This document shows, one piece after another, positions 57,027 to 57,905 of a stretch of DNA of 57,905 bases. The stretch spans positions 1 through 57,905 of the forward strand of contig CADBEF010000049.1 in NCBI GenBank assembly GCA_902793555.1. Reading direction: 5' to 3'. The translations under genes were made by a program, and so were the position numbers. Source of the stretch: an uncultured bacterium. GTDB taxonomy: Bacteria; Verrucomicrobiota; Kiritimatiellia; RFP12; UBA3636. The first letter of the stretch is position 1. Each line of letters opens with the position of its first letter. The notes beneath the pieces are model-generated. The model ran no database searches. It was not told where the DNA came from and saw nothing but the letters and a program-made list of their open reading frames with translations.

Positions 57027-57905
57027 GTGCCGATCATCAGTCCAGCCACCCGCCGCAACCGCAAGACGCGGTTCGCCTGCGCCTTGATCTTCCTCGTGCT
57101 GTCGATCGGCGCGCTCACGATGCTCTATCCCTTCTCGCTCATGCTCGCGGGATCGGTGCACAGCGAGGCGGACGACCAGGAGATCACGCCCTGGCCGTCG
57201 TTCTGGACGGACGACACGGTTCTGTTCCGCAAGTACGCCGAGAGCAAGCACGACGTCTCGCTCGACCTGATCGGCCAGGCCTGGGGCGAGCCGCAGACGG
57301 GCTGGCGCCGCATCGTGGAGCCGGCGCCCGTCGCGGACGGGGCCGCGCTCGCCGACTGGAAGGCCTGGCGCGCGACGCCCGAGGCGCGGCAGGTCGGCAT
57401 CCTCGGCCACGTGACGGGCGGCCGCCTCCTCCCGAAGAACGCGCGCCTCTTCCGCGCGCGGCTCGAGGAATCCTACGGCGGCGACTTCCAGCGCTTCCGC
57501 CGCGAGACGGGCGCGACCGCCGCGAGCTGGACCGGCGTGAACCCGCCCGTCGAGCGCATCGGCCGCCACGCCAACCACGCCTCCGCGCCCGCGCTCCTGG
57601 CCGCCTTCGAGGCCTTCAAGCGCGACGCGCCGCCCGAGGACCTGCGCTTCCCGAACCCGGAGGGCGTCTTCACGCAGGTCTACCTGCCGTCGGTCCACGG
57701 GCCGGACGCCGCCGCGTGGGGGACCGGTCTCGCCTCGTGGTCGCAGGCGCGCCTCGCGCGGCGCATGCCGTCCGGCGGCGGCGCGCCGGCGGAGGACTGG
57801 CTCGCGTTCGTCCGCAACCGCGCGCCGCTGGACTGCATCCGCCTCGACGAAGCCGCCGCGCCCGCGTGGCGCGCCTTCCTCGCCGGCCGCCCCGGCTCCG
57901 CGGCG
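57027..57905 (+). CDS. membrane-anchored hypothetical protein, 5' part (runs off the right edge)
   Basis: GTG 57027 follows GGGAG. I translated the frame by hand to the window end and found no stop (293 codons). N-terminal TM FACALIFLVLSIGALTMLYPFSLMLAG. Absent from the ORF track because it has no stop. Confidence 0.65.
   Translation, partial: MPIISPATRRNRKTRFACALIFLVLSIGALTMLYPFSLMLAGSVHSEADDQEITPWPSFWTDDTVLFRKYAESKHDVSLDLIGQAWGEPQTGWRRIVEPAPVADGAALADWKAWRATPEARQVGILGHVTGGRLLPKNARLFRARLEESYGGDFQRFRRETGATAASWTGVNPPVERIGRHANHASAPALLAAFEAFKRDAPPEDLRFPNPEGVFTQVYLPSVHGPDAAAWGTGLASWSQARLARRMPSGGGAPAEDWLAFVRNRAPLDCIRLDEAAAPAWRAFLAGRPGSAA

Noticed and set aside
1-57905. Search for tRNA, rRNA, tmRNA, transposase, integrase or phage genes.
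   Set aside because: Nothing resembling cloverleaf-forming ~75-nt segments, rRNA, or DDE/tyrosine/serine recombinase motifs was seen by eye on either strand. A proper tRNAscan/Infernal/HMM scan was not possible here.

Overview
High-GC window that is almost entirely coding on the + strand, with no rRNA, tRNA, CRISPR array or recognisable transposase/integrase. The gene content (many secreted glycan-active proteins, autotransporter-type beta-strand repeats) suggests a PVC-type glycan degrader, but that is a low-confidence guess. Left to right: (i) a secreted CAZyme-like block at 0.3-37 kb. It holds a multidomain hydrolase, a frameshifted GH42-like gene, a PATR-repeat protein, a beta-helix protein, a tandem alpha/beta-hydrolase and three paralogous SGNH-esterase genes. 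Two of those are giants (2512 and 2320 aa) built from two recurring unassigned modules, one about 180 aa and CBM-like, one about 100 aa and Ig-like. (ii) hipBA, a TIM-barrel isomerase, a damaged AraC regulator, a HAD hydrolase and an ADP-ribosylglycohydrolase. (iii) An accessory stretch at 41.6-49.6 kb where unrelated secreted-protein cores share one promoter/leader/signal-peptide module and one acidic C-terminal tail. It also carries simple-sequence repeats in leaders, an orphan RelB/DinJ antitoxin, a deleted ATPase gene and MITE-like repeats. (iv) An AAA+/DUF4143 ATPase and a large thioester alpha-2-macroglobulin gene broken by a 1-nt frameshift and a perfect 67-bp tandem duplication. The window also shows a 9-mer (CCCCGCCAC) that appears far more often than expected, and a conserved TTTACY-N44-46-TAnnAT promoter-like layout. 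Six genes are disrupted. Everything was done by eye, with no searches or computations run.
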